Part shown: positions 42,183 to 52,401 of the stretch, piece after piece | How the letters are laid out: every line of letters begins with the position of its first letter | Position numbering within the stretch: the first letter of the stretch is position 1 | From: an uncultured virus (IMG/VR IMGVR_UViG_3300033153_005459) | Lineage: Duplodnaviria; Heunggongvirae; Uroviricota; Caudoviricetes | Reading direction: 5' to 3' (one strand) | DNA length: 64,000 bases | IMG/VR virus record: IMGVR_UViG_3300033153_005459 | Translations under genes and position numbers: made by a program | The notes under the pieces: generated by a model | Told to the model about the DNA's origin: nothing | Databases searched by the model: none | What the model saw: only the letters and a program-made list of their open reading frames with translations

Positions 42183-45100
42183 ATGAGTTTGCTTCTCCTT
42201 TTCGCGCCAGTCTTAGAGCAGACTGTTACAGTAACCGGTATTGCTTCGGGCGAGTCGTTTGGCGCCCATTTTGTAAATGTTGGCTGGAACGCGCAGGTAG
42301 CCCAGTCTACACCAACTATCTGGTACCGTTTCGAATCTGATAGTACCGATTCTTCTGGAAACAACAGGGACGTAACAACTGATCCTACTACACCAGCTTA
42401 TGTTGATGCTTTTGTTGGTAAAGGCAACGACTTTGACGGGGTAGACGCGTTTGATCATCAGAATGCCGGTGGTTACATGAACCCGGACGAGTTGTCTGTT
42501 GAACTCGTCTTTAAGTATACTGGTACGGGTGCTCAGATCCTTGCGGCTAACGACAACGGGTCCGGCTCACTTCGTCCTTGGATTATAGCTGTCACCGCTA
42601 GTGGCGATTTTCAGGCGTTTGGAAATAACCAGTTCGGACCTATTCGAACTACGACAGCAACTTTGGACGACGGGCTTTGGCATCATGTTGTGTTTACGCA
42701 CAATTGGACCACTGGTCTAACTCAACACTTCATTGATAATGTCAAGACTACTTATCCCTCTAGCTCTACAGCTAAGCAAACCAATGATGTCATCACTGTC
42801 GGCTCTATCGAGACCGGCGTTCAGGTTTGGGAAGGCGTCATTGACGAATTTGTCTTCTATGGATCGGTTCTGTCGGATGCCGAAATTTCAGCCCACTTTG
42901 CCGAGTTGCCATTCATCTTGCCTACGGGCATCGTCTCTGGCGAGTCGTTCGGCACTGCAAGCATCAACGACCAAGACATTTCACCTATCGGTATTCCTTC
43001 TAGAGAGTCGTTCGGCAGCGCTGGTGGGAGTGGTGGCTCTATAGGTGAGGGAGAGCTTGGAGTCGGCCAGCTTGGCGGTGACTCTTCTAGCGAAGGCGGC
43101 ATCACGATCACGGTCTTCCTTCTGCCAACAGGTATTGCTTCGAGCGAAGCGTTCGGTACCCTCGTGGCAGATCCTAGTGGCGATCAGGATCTCACTCCTA
43201 CTGGTTTTGTTTCTGGTGAGTCTTTCGGCACGGCGCTCGTTACCCTGTTCGTTACACCTACCGGCATTGCTTCTGGCGAGGCTTTCGGTGGGTCATCATT
43301 GGCGGTTAGTGTTGCACCTACTGGTATTGGTAGCTCTGAGAGCTTCGGTACTGGTCTCATTACACTCTTCATCTCGGAGTTCGTATTCTCTGTTGTAAGC
43401 GGTGGAGGGGAGACGACAGGTCTAACTGATACACTGACGTTTGCTCCGGCTGCTTTCACTCCTAGACCCGATTCGTTGGTGCTTGCGTTTGCTGCCTCTG
43501 AGCACGCAGACAGTGGCGTTGCGGACTTTGAGGCGGCTGACACGACGAGCGTTCCGGCTTTGTCGTGGACTCTGGTCGAAGAAATAGACCAGCTTGAAGC
43601 GAAGGTGTTCGCTGGCACTAGCGGGTTCCGTACCGCCTGCATATTGGCTCGCGCCCCTGCCGGTGCTTCTCCTGCTTCTACGGTGGTTACGTTCGACTTT
43701 GATATATCTGGTGGTGTCGACACGTTCTTGCATTCTGGTGGACTGCTTGATATTCACGGGCATGATTCTCTGAATCCGTTTGTACAATCTATAGCGGCTG
43801 GCGTTACGGAGGGTGGTGGCGGTTCGGAGTCGGCCACGTTAACCTTTGCTTCGACCCCGATCTCCGGCAACCTTGTTGTCGCGTTCATGGGAGTTGGAGC
43901 GGATGGTGCTGGTGGCATCACGGCTCCTACCATTGGCGGCGAGACCATGACACTGGTCAACGACAGCACTGGAGCGTCATGCCACCACGCCATTTACTAT
44001 CGGGTTATCACGGGAGCCGAGTCGACCGATACGGTCACGTGGTCTGATCTGGGCGAGTTGGTTGGTAACTCGGCAGGGGCACTGATAGAGATTCAGGCTG
44101 CCAGTTTCGCCATAGCCTCATCGGAAGCGTTCGGTGTCGCAGTTGTTGCGCTTGCTGATCAGAACGTCACTGTAGATACCGGCATCGTTTCGAGCGAAGC
44201 TTTCGGTACGTCACTCATCACGCTCTTCGCCACGCCTGCCGGAATTGCTTCCAGTGAGGCGTTCGGTACGGGTCTTGTTACGCTATTTGTCACACCAACA
44301 GGCATTGTTTCTGCCGAAGCATTTGGCACTACAAGTGCTGTCATCGAGCAGTTTATCACACCGACAGGTATTGTTACGAGCGAAGCGTTTGGTACAGCGC
44401 TTGTTACGCTGTTTGTTGCTCCGACAGGTATCGCTACCAGCGAAGCGTTCGGCACTGCGCTGATAGAAGCTGATCTTCAGACTGTTGCGCCTACCGGTAT
44501 TGGTTCTGGTGAATCGTTCGGTACAGCGCTGATTACCGAATTCGTTACACCTACCGGGATTGCTTCGAGTGAATCGTTCGGTACCGGTTTGATTACGCTA
44601 TTCGTCACACCTACCGGAATTGCTTCCAACGAAGCGTTTGGTACAGCACAGCTAGAAAATGTGCTCCAATTCGTTACACCTACCGGACTGACTTCCGGTG
44701 AAGCATTTGGTACCGCTCTGATTACCGAGTTCATCACTCCGACAGGTATCGCTACCAGCGAAGCGTTCGGCACTGCGCTGATTACTGAATTCATTGACGT
44801 CACTGGCATCACTTCGGGTGAGTCGCTCGGAACGCCTCTTGTCGATCTGTCTATCGCTGGCGGTCCCGGCATTGCTTCTAGCGAGGCTTTTGGTACTGGT
44901 CTCATCACGCTCTTCGTTACGCCTACTGGCATTGCTGGCAACGAAGCGTTTGGTGGTGCATCTATAGCAGTACCGCAGATAGTAGATCCCACTGGTCTTG
45001 TTTCTAACGAAGCATTCGGTACGCCTATTGTCGATCTGTTTATCGCTGGCGCTGGTACTGGTATTAGTTCTAGCGAATCGTTCGGTACTGCACTGATCAC

Positions 45101-45341
45101 TGAGTTCATCAACCCGACAGGCATTGCTACCGGCGAGTTGCTCGGAACCGTTGCGATCTTTGAGTCGATAACAGGCTGCGATGTTCAAACTATTGCCATT
45201 TTCGCCAAGGAACAAGTTGTTGGAACTGTTACAATTGAACAGCTCCTTGATGCGATTTCCAAGGAAAACGAGATCCAACTGATTTCGAAAGAACAGGAGG
45301 CCGAGAATTGTGAAGGACTTAGGGTCAATGTCATTCCTTAA
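42183..45341 (+). CDS. Large virion fibre/spike-like protein: LamG-like domain plus many PTGIxSxExFGT repeats
   Basis: WYRF...DSSGN, DGLWHHVVFT, GVIDEF.FY..VLS..EI..H; more than 20 repeats of about 19-21 aa. Confidence 0.8.
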   Translation: MSLLLLFAPVLEQTVTVTGIASGESFGAHFVNVGWNAQVAQSTPTIWYRFESDSTDSSGNNRDVTTDPTTPAYVDAFVGKGNDFDGVDAFDHQNAGGYMNPDELSVELVFKYTGTGAQILAANDNGSGSLRPWIIAVTASGDFQAFGNNQFGPIRTTTATLDDGLWHHVVFTHNWTTGLTQHFIDNVKTTYPSSSTAKQTNDVITVGSIETGVQVWEGVIDEFVFYGSVLSDAEISAHFAELPFILPTGIVSGESFGTASINDQDISPIGIPSRESFGSAGGSGGSIGEGELGVGQLGGDSSSEGGITITVFLLPTGIASSEAFGTLVADPSGDQDLTPTGFVSGESFGTALVTLFVTPTGIASGEAFGGSSLAVSVAPTGIGSSESFGTGLITLFISEFVFSVVSGGGETTGLTDTLTFAPAAFTPRPDSLVLAFAASEHADSGVADFEAADTTSVPALSWTLVEEIDQLEAKVFAGTSGFRTACILARAPAGASPASTVVTFDFDISGGVDTFLHSGGLLDIHGHDSLNPFVQSIAAGVTEGGGGSESATLTFASTPISGNLVVAFMGVGADGAGGITAPTIGGETMTLVNDSTGASCHHAIYYRVITGAESTDTVTWSDLGELVGNSAGALIEIQAASFAIASSEAFGVAVVALADQNVTVDTGIVSSEAFGTSLITLFATPAGIASSEAFGTGLVTLFVTPTGIVSAEAFGTTSAVIEQFITPTGIVTSEAFGTALVTLFVAPTGIATSEAFGTALIEADLQTVAPTGIGSGESFGTALITEFVTPTGIASSESFGTGLITLFVTPTGIASNEAFGTAQLENVLQFVTPTGLTSGEAFGTALITEFITPTGIATSEAFGTALITEFIDVTGITSGESLGTPLVDLSIAGGPGIASSEAFGTGLITLFVTPTGIAGNEAFGGASIAVPQIVDPTGLVSNEAFGTPIVDLFIAGAGTGISSSESFGTALITEFINPTGIATGELLGTVAIFESITGCDVQTIAIFAKEQVVGTVTIEQLLDAISKENEIQLISKEQEAENCEGLRVNVIP

Positions 45342-45392
45342 CTCAGTTGTATGGTTTATGACACCGAATAGAGAGCAGAACGTAGGAGAAAC

Positions 45393-47060
45393 ATGAGGCT
45401 ACACGCCAACTTTTTGAAAGGTACCTTGTCGGCCACATTGACGGCTGGCGGCACAACAATGCAGTCGGATGTTCTTTTGGACTTTCCTGATGTCGTTTCG
45501 CCTGATTACATGGTTGTGACATTGGACCCCGCTGCGGCATCTGGTGATCCTGAGATCGTTTACATCACTGCTCACACTGGTGGTGCTACGCCATCAGACA
45601 CTGCCACCGTATTGAGAGCACAAGAAGGCACTGTTGCTCGCGAACATCTGGTTACCAGCACACGGATCGTTCATGCCGTCACAGGGTTCGATTTCGATGG
45701 ACCTTCTTGGGATGACGTTATAGCCGATATCTCAGGAGATGAAGCAACACCAACACGTCTAGTTCATTCATATGACTTCACGGTTGCTAGTGGAAATATT
45801 CTAGACCTTGTTGGAACTGAGGATCTTGTAGCGGCTGTTAGTACAGGGGTTATCACCTATCAAGTGGATTCTCCGTTTGGACCTGCTTCGGCTGTCCAGT
45901 TCAGCCGTCCGTCTAATGCTGCTGCTGCTGCGATGGGAGATTGGCCGGTAGGAGCCACACCGAGAACAATCATTTGTGTGGCTCGTTCGGCTAATGATCA
46001 AATGGAAGACGACGAGAATTTGTGGGGCTACGGCAACACTGCTGTGGATGATGCTTCTTTCTTCTACAACCAGACTACTTTGATGCCTGGTTTCACTGGA
46101 TGGGGAGCTAGTGCTGACTTCGGAATGGAATCTCATTCCCCCTTGGATGGAGCGTGGCACATCCATATTTTGAGAAGGTCGCTCGATACACAAACAATAC
46201 AGCAGGACACTCATTCAGCGAGCAAAACTAGGGTGCTGGATACTGGCACCACTTTGTTTCCGATCATTCCCCAGGACAACACTGTTTCGCTTGTCGTAGC
46301 CAAGTGGCTGGTTTTCGATATAGCTATTGAACATGATGACATCAGTCGGCTTGTGGCTGCTTTTGAGAGATTGAAGAGAGAGAACCTGGCGAGCACCCCT
46401 CAATCTGGTATGCAGGCAATATCGGAGCTGGCCACCTCGGATGCAGTGTTCAACCTGTATGATTTTCAGGATGGGATTGGTGACCGTTCAGGTCATGGAC
46501 ATTCCCATTCCCAGAACTTCACGCCACCGGCTGCTGATTTTGGGGATGCAACACCTAATCTGGGACGGTATCTACAGGGTACTAATCTGGATACCATAAC
46601 AGCTATGGACACGACGGATGGTAATTACTCGATCGAGTTGGCGTTTAAGCACGCTACTCTTGGCAACCAGTTGTTCATATGTGCATCTCGCGCTTCGAGC
46701 GGCGCCGATCGTCCGTGGCAGATCACCGCCAACACTGATGGTTCCGTCCAGACGGCTTCCAACATTCCATCACCGACCGTTTTGAACACCCCCACAACCG
46801 TCGATGATGACGAGTGGCATCATCTGATTTGGACAAAAGATTGGTCGTCCGGTGATGAGAATTTGTGGCTTGACGGCACGCACCTGGAAGTTGATGTGGC
46901 GGGCAACACTGTTAATCCGACATTCTCAATCCAGTCGATTTTTGGAGTAGATTATGGCACCCTGGGCGAATATACGGGCAAGTTGGCTTTTTACGCCTAT
47001 TATGATTACGTTCTTACGGACGAGCAGTGTCAGAACCATTCAACAGTGGCCGGATTCTAA
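45393..47060 (+). CDS. Virion protein with two LamG/concanavalin-like domains
   Basis: PEIVYITAH...R.QEGT.AR.H N-terminus; DGAWHIH, DDEWHHLIWT, YDYVLT. Confidence 0.75.
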   Translation: MRLHANFLKGTLSATLTAGGTTMQSDVLLDFPDVVSPDYMVVTLDPAAASGDPEIVYITAHTGGATPSDTATVLRAQEGTVAREHLVTSTRIVHAVTGFDFDGPSWDDVIADISGDEATPTRLVHSYDFTVASGNILDLVGTEDLVAAVSTGVITYQVDSPFGPASAVQFSRPSNAAAAAMGDWPVGATPRTIICVARSANDQMEDDENLWGYGNTAVDDASFFYNQTTLMPGFTGWGASADFGMESHSPLDGAWHIHILRRSLDTQTIQQDTHSASKTRVLDTGTTLFPIIPQDNTVSLVVAKWLVFDIAIEHDDISRLVAAFERLKRENLASTPQSGMQAISELATSDAVFNLYDFQDGIGDRSGHGHSHSQNFTPPAADFGDATPNLGRYLQGTNLDTITAMDTTDGNYSIELAFKHATLGNQLFICASRASSGADRPWQITANTDGSVQTASNIPSPTVLNTPTTVDDDEWHHLIWTKDWSSGDENLWLDGTHLEVDVAGNTVNPTFSIQSIFGVDYGTLGEYTGKLAFYAYYDYVLTDEQCQNHSTVAGF

Positions 47061-47075
47061 CGGGGGTGAAGATTT

Positions 47076-47528
47076 ATGACTGACAACATAGTGGTGGTTG
47101 GACATTGGGAATTAAGTTGGAACACTCCAATCAAAGAGGCAGAGTTATGGAACTTGCCGCTTCGAGATTTTGGCGTTAAAGATTGGTGGATGTGGCCGGT
47201 GACCGGCATCGTTCATAACGAACGAGAAGTCACTCTCCATGAGCGCCCTAATATTCAAACAATTCTTAAAGAGAATTCGGACAAGACTCGTGTGTTTGTT
47301 GAGCCGAGAGGACATTTCGAGTTGGACAGCATTGATCTTCCAGAGTTTGAACATCCTGATAATGCTATGTACATTTTCGGGTCAGCACATTTCAATCCAA
47401 CGATCGGAAACAAGGAAGTGGATGATCTTGCTGTCACTATTCCTACCCTCGGAAATGCTGGCGTACTGTGGCCTCATCAGTGCCTGGTGGCCCTCATGTA
47501 TGACAGGATGGTGAAGTCATGGCAGTAA
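47076..47528 (+). CDS. SPOUT/SpoU-like methyltransferase-fold protein
   Basis: VFVE...LPEFEHP..A.YIFGS...V.IP...L....MYDR. Confidence 0.5.
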   Translation: MTDNIVVVGHWELSWNTPIKEAELWNLPLRDFGVKDWWMWPVTGIVHNEREVTLHERPNIQTILKENSDKTRVFVEPRGHFELDSIDLPEFEHPDNAMYIFGSAHFNPTIGNKEVDDLAVTIPTLGNAGVLWPHQCLVALMYDRMVKSWQ

Positions 47529-49231
47529 CTATCACTGATCGAAGAACGATATATGACGAAGCAGATAGCACTACGGGCTGGACTCCTGGTTCGTTCGGAA
47601 CGACCACGACTGACATCGCCGAGTCTACTGCGGCGGTCGCTGAATCGTTCGCTATCTCCAGCGGCGAGGTCTACTTTACCGGCTCAGCCATCGACCTCTC
47701 TGACACTCTCGTCTACGTGTACGCGTTCAACAATGCCCTGTTGAATGCCTGGGATTCTTCACCTCCACCAATTGCGCTCACCCTTGGCGACGGCGTTGAT
47801 CTTATCAGCTTCGACATGGCGGGCGGTGACCGTCGCGTGTTCAATCATCTCGAAGGCCCGACTTCCTGGCAGTGCCTAGTCCTCGACGGCGCCCAGGCTT
47901 CCGTAATGGACACGGCAGGCAACTCTTTCGCCGGGGCGGGTTCGTTTGCTGGGCTCGATCTGACGAACATTGTCGATATTGGTGCCCACTTTGACACTCA
48001 GTCCAAGGCTCTTGGTGGTGGCTACAACGTTGCCGTCGATATCATCCGATATGGCAATTTGGGCATTCGTCTGACCGCTGGCGGTTCAGGCACTGAAGGC
48101 AGCTTTTCTGAGATAGCAGTGGCAGATAGAGGTACGGGTAATCAGCAGGCGCATGGCATTCTGCGAGCATATACGACTATCGCGTATGGCGTTCAGGGGC
48201 CGTTGACTTTCGGAGACTCCGGTACTTCGACAGCCTCTTGGTTTGAAGATACTGGTGTTGTGGTAGTGTTTGAGGATAGAAACATTTCGGACGACAAGTA
48301 TTTTTTCAACGTTGAAGGACATGTAACTCCAACGAATTCGTTCATTTTGACTAGCTCTACGATTGCTACCGCTGGCCCAGGTGTAACGATGGACTTCAGT
48401 GGTGGCAATATTAATACCCTGACGTTCACAAATGTTGTGTTCTCTGCGCTTGGACGATCTATTACCTTCTCGGCCAATGCTGATGCTTCGGGGCATAACG
48501 TCACTAATTGCACTTTTGACGGAGCGGGTCAGATAGATGCAGCGGATGTGAACTTCGTCAACAACATCGTAACCAATTCTGTTGCAACAACGAGTGCTTT
48601 GGTTGCTGGCGATGGCGATATGTCGGGATTGACAATGAGTGGTTATGAAGGTACGGCCGACACCTCGGCCCTCATATACGATCAAGCAGCAAATCCTAGT
48701 GGAAATCTAGATGACTCCACATTTACTATGGGTACTGCTTTGACTCATGCTATAGAGTTTGGACTTTTAAGCTCATTGACTCTCAACTTAGACAATATCA
48801 CCTTCACGGGATACAATGCTTCAGATGCCCAGAACGATTCGGCGCTTCATTTCAAGCGAACATCTGGCACCGTAACCGTTAACCTGTCTGGCATGACTGA
48901 ACCAAGCTTTAAGACCGACGGAGCAACTATAGTTTTCGTTCAATCAGTTACACTAACGGTGACAGTAACGGATCAGGCGGGTGTTGCAATAGCTAATCCA
49001 CGGGTTAGTATTCGTGAACAGGCTGATAACTCTGAGGAATCTCAAGGTGAAGCTTCCGCTGGAGGCGTTTACACTGATGCGTCTTACGCCTATACGGCAG
49101 ATTTGGCCGTTTTTGTTCGAGTTCGGAAGTCAACTTCTGGCACAAGGTACTTCCCGGCTGTTGTGCCAGCCACAATTTTGGATACTGGCTTGGCTCTCTC
49201 TGTCACTTTGATCGAAGATCCGATAGCTTGA
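47519..49231 (+). CDS. Virion structural protein (beta-rich)
   Basis: 570 aa, Thr/Gly/Ser-rich, in the structural block. Confidence 0.7.
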   Translation: MAVTITDRRTIYDEADSTTGWTPGSFGTTTTDIAESTAAVAESFAISSGEVYFTGSAIDLSDTLVYVYAFNNALLNAWDSSPPPIALTLGDGVDLISFDMAGGDRRVFNHLEGPTSWQCLVLDGAQASVMDTAGNSFAGAGSFAGLDLTNIVDIGAHFDTQSKALGGGYNVAVDIIRYGNLGIRLTAGGSGTEGSFSEIAVADRGTGNQQAHGILRAYTTIAYGVQGPLTFGDSGTSTASWFEDTGVVVVFEDRNISDDKYFFNVEGHVTPTNSFILTSSTIATAGPGVTMDFSGGNINTLTFTNVVFSALGRSITFSANADASGHNVTNCTFDGAGQIDAADVNFVNNIVTNSVATTSALVAGDGDMSGLTMSGYEGTADTSALIYDQAANPSGNLDDSTFTMGTALTHAIEFGLLSSLTLNLDNITFTGYNASDAQNDSALHFKRTSGTVTVNLSGMTEPSFKTDGATIVFVQSVTLTVTVTDQAGVAIANPRVSIREQADNSEESQGEASAGGVYTDASYAYTADLAVFVRVRKSTSGTRYFPAVVPATILDTGLALSVTLIEDPIA

Positions 49232-49336
49232 TCTCAATATGGCGCCCCAGATTGCCGCTATAAACTAAGATGGACGCATTTGCGTCGCAGTTTTTGTTGG
49301 ATGGTACGACACCTCAAAGTGTAGGTAAGGAGAATT

Positions 49337-51844
49337 ATGTCAGATACAATTTTGTCCGCTAGGTGGGTTGTCTACTACGAAGCAGACAATCGTCAGAAAA
49401 GAATTGAGAGAGATACGTCAGTTACTCCTACAGTCACAGATACTGTCAACGAACTGTATTCTGCGATTCAGGATTTGATGGACGAGATCACTCAGTTGGA
49501 TGACGGTTCGCCCTTGAGCGCCCAGACCCCTACGGAGTACACAATCGGCATCATTGATACCGGTGACGATGACCCGTGGTTCATTGACAACACCAGCGTC
49601 GAGTTTCTGACCGGTGGTGCTTTGACTACTGCAAGCTGGACTCGTGCCACGTCTTCCAATACGGGCATTGTTGTAATCGAGTACACTGACACTACAGGTT
49701 TCTCTGTTTCTGATATCGGGTTGACTGTAACGAATGCTGTTGGTTCTGATTCTGGTACTCTTCTTGACTTCAATGACACTGGTACTCCGAATCTTGCTTG
49801 GATTCGTCCTGACACCGATACGGCTGCTGACGATTGGGATTCCACTTCAGGCAACCTCGCTGTGTCGGGTGGTACTGCTACTGCCGGTGATCAGACTGTG
49901 GCTGCTGCTACAGGCGAAGACCTTTGGTCTAACATCAACACGATTGGTACTGTCGCATCGAACACCCACGTTTACGTGGAGCAGAACGGTTCGCTTCTCA
50001 CTGCTGCCAAGGACACCACTGACTGGTGGAGCGACGGAGCGATCGACATTTTGGTTAAGGTGAAGCAGGTCGGCGTAGAGATTGATGAGGCCGTTGTTGG
50101 TGTGTATGCTCGTCAGTTGACGAAGACGTATTCTTTCTTCTCGTCTGACCTTACAAACGGTGGTCGTACCGCTATCCCGTTGGGTACTGGTACGGACCTG
50201 AACGCCGCTGAAGGCGTTCGTCAGATGGTTCTTACAACTGGTGCTACTGCTGAGCCGTTGGTGGGTGACGTTATCTCCGATGACTCTTCACCTCTAATAA
50301 TTCAGGGTGTCATCACTTCGGTTGTGGGCACGAACCCGAACGTCACGTTGCAGTATTACCTGATTGGTGATCCTCTAACTGACTTCTCTACCGGAGCTAA
50401 CGCCTTTACTGCTGCTCCGTCCGGGTTCACTTCGACAAACGTGGCGACTCAGACTGATGTGAACTCCGGTGTTATTGCTGGCCTTTCCATTGCTCACAAC
50501 GACGTTGATCTGCTTCCCAATCAGCCTTTCGACGTTGACGAAGATGAAGTCAACGAAACTTACTCAATTGAGATTGATGTTTCTGCTGAGGCTCTAATCG
50601 ACGCTTATCAGTGGGCACAGTACGTCCTGCGTAGAGGTGGAACCACCACTACTAACACTGACGGCATTGAGGGTCAAATCTATCTTGGTATCGACAACGT
50701 GTTGTTCTACGGAACTTCTTCTGAGGTTGGTGGCACAATCGTTGCTGGTGATACGGTTACTCAGGAAACAACCGGTGCCGTTGGTATTGTGGTTGGTCAT
50801 GATGATGTTGCTAATCTGATTACGCTTCGTACATCGAGAGGAACGTTTGCTACAGGGTCTGCTACAGATCATACAGTAACTTCTACTGAAAATTCGGGTG
50901 CCGTTGAGATGCAGACTTCTGATTCTGCGACAGCTACAACAGTAGCCGTCAACCCGGCTTCGCCGTTCGGCACATTTGCTGGTGGTACATGGTTCCTTGC
51001 TAGGGGAGTTGTGTTGAGCAACGTTCTTGCAGCCGATGCACAGAACTTCATCACTACAACTGATGATGGCGTTGTGACTACACCGCCAAACAAGCAGGCT
51101 TTGACTATCGCTAATACGAGAGCTTTGGATCGTATCGCAGTGTTTGAGTTGACTGCTCCTGGTGGCATTATTGACAAGGGTCAGTATGTGAGCGCTGTTG
51201 CTGCTCTTGGTGACGGTACTCTTGATGTCACTAACGGCACGAAGACGGCTATTGCTGCTGACACTCCAGGTAAGACTACTGGTGGTGTGTTGCGTGTTGT
51301 TGATGCCGATCTGGATGTCGAATACCGAATCAGGTATGCGTCGTGGACAGCACAAACCTTCACTTTCGCTAACCTTGTTGGCATATCGTTAACTTCTTCG
51401 GATACGGCTCTGTCGGATACCGGTGAAGCCTTCTTGACGAACGTTTTGGTCGGTGACATCATCACTCACGCCACCAAGGGGTACGCTTACATCACAGAGG
51501 TGACAGATAACGATAACCTCGTGTTCGCTGGTGGAACTTTGAGCGGCATGACCGGTGTAGAGAACTACGAGATCAACGCTGTTCCTGTTGCTTTGACAAC
51601 TTCTGATAACGTGTATGTGCCTCTGTTGGACATTCACGAGACGACAGGTACGGATGCTTCTACTGGTACGGCTTCTGACACCATCACTTACGGTGGAGAT
51701 ATTCCAGTGTTGATCATTGCACGTAACAGTAGTGCGCCTACGGAAACTACTATTCCGATGTTGCCTTACTCTGCTGAAGCTACGTTTGTTGCAACCGGGC
51801 TTTCTAACAACGTGATTCGTACTCTTGACTCGATCAAGAACTGA
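49337..51844 (+). CDS. Virion structural protein (beta-rich)
   Basis: 835 aa, Thr-rich; AAGGAG RBS. Confidence 0.7.
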   Translation: MSDTILSARWVVYYEADNRQKRIERDTSVTPTVTDTVNELYSAIQDLMDEITQLDDGSPLSAQTPTEYTIGIIDTGDDDPWFIDNTSVEFLTGGALTTASWTRATSSNTGIVVIEYTDTTGFSVSDIGLTVTNAVGSDSGTLLDFNDTGTPNLAWIRPDTDTAADDWDSTSGNLAVSGGTATAGDQTVAAATGEDLWSNINTIGTVASNTHVYVEQNGSLLTAAKDTTDWWSDGAIDILVKVKQVGVEIDEAVVGVYARQLTKTYSFFSSDLTNGGRTAIPLGTGTDLNAAEGVRQMVLTTGATAEPLVGDVISDDSSPLIIQGVITSVVGTNPNVTLQYYLIGDPLTDFSTGANAFTAAPSGFTSTNVATQTDVNSGVIAGLSIAHNDVDLLPNQPFDVDEDEVNETYSIEIDVSAEALIDAYQWAQYVLRRGGTTTTNTDGIEGQIYLGIDNVLFYGTSSEVGGTIVAGDTVTQETTGAVGIVVGHDDVANLITLRTSRGTFATGSATDHTVTSTENSGAVEMQTSDSATATTVAVNPASPFGTFAGGTWFLARGVVLSNVLAADAQNFITTTDDGVVTTPPNKQALTIANTRALDRIAVFELTAPGGIIDKGQYVSAVAALGDGTLDVTNGTKTAIAADTPGKTTGGVLRVVDADLDVEYRIRYASWTAQTFTFANLVGISLTSSDTALSDTGEAFLTNVLVGDIITHATKGYAYITEVTDNDNLVFAGGTLSGMTGVENYEINAVPVALTTSDNVYVPLLDIHETTGTDASTGTASDTITYGGDIPVLIIARNSSAPTETTIPMLPYSAEATFVATGLSNNVIRTLDSIKN

Positions 51845-51858
51845 TTAGGAGAACTTGA

Positions 51859-52107
51859 ATGGGTATTTCTAGATCACTCAAAGGCGATAAGGTCATTTAT
51901 GTTGCTCGTGAAGGTCGTAGAGTTGTGGCGAGAGCCGACAATCTACATGATCTTGAAGCTCTTTTAGACGAAAGAGTAATCAATCTTGCTACCGGTGGCC
52001 AGCCGCCGCCCGCAGCGAAGGAAGGTGGTTTAGGTGATGGTGAGTCTGAAGGATCAGGCCCAAAATTACGATCTCGAAAGTCTAAGGAGAAGTCTTCTGA
52101 AGCATGA
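51859..52107 (+). CDS. Hypothetical protein
   Basis: AGGAG RBS. Confidence 0.55.
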   Translation: MGISRSLKGDKVIYVAREGRRVVARADNLHDLEALLDERVINLATGGQPPPAAKEGGLGDGESEGSGPKLRSRKSKEKSSEA

Positions 52108-52360
52108 TGAAAACATAAGGTCTCTAGATTCGGCTGTTGATAATGCTGAAAGAGTGATTTCTGAAGAAGAAAACATGATTTCGGTTATCAACAGGCCGGA
52201 TAATACTACTAACCCAGAGTTGGTACGTATTGATTCTGGTAGAATTAGAGACAATATGGACCGTCATCGGGCAGAGATTTCTCTTTTCAAGAGTGAAATC
52301 AAGGAAGAAGAAGCTCGTAGAAGAGATACAGAAAGATTGATAATGTATCTAGAGGAGTAG
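52037..52360 (+). CDS. Hypothetical coiled-coil protein
   Basis: ORF track. Confidence 0.55.
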   Translation: MVSLKDQAQNYDLESLRRSLLKHDENIRSLDSAVDNAERVISEEENMISVINRPDNTTNPELVRIDSGRIRDNMDRHRAEISLFKSEIKEEEARRRDTERLIMYLEE

Positions 52361-52401
52361 AAGAATCACGGTAGGTGATCAAGGGACTTAGGGACAGGGC
52401 T

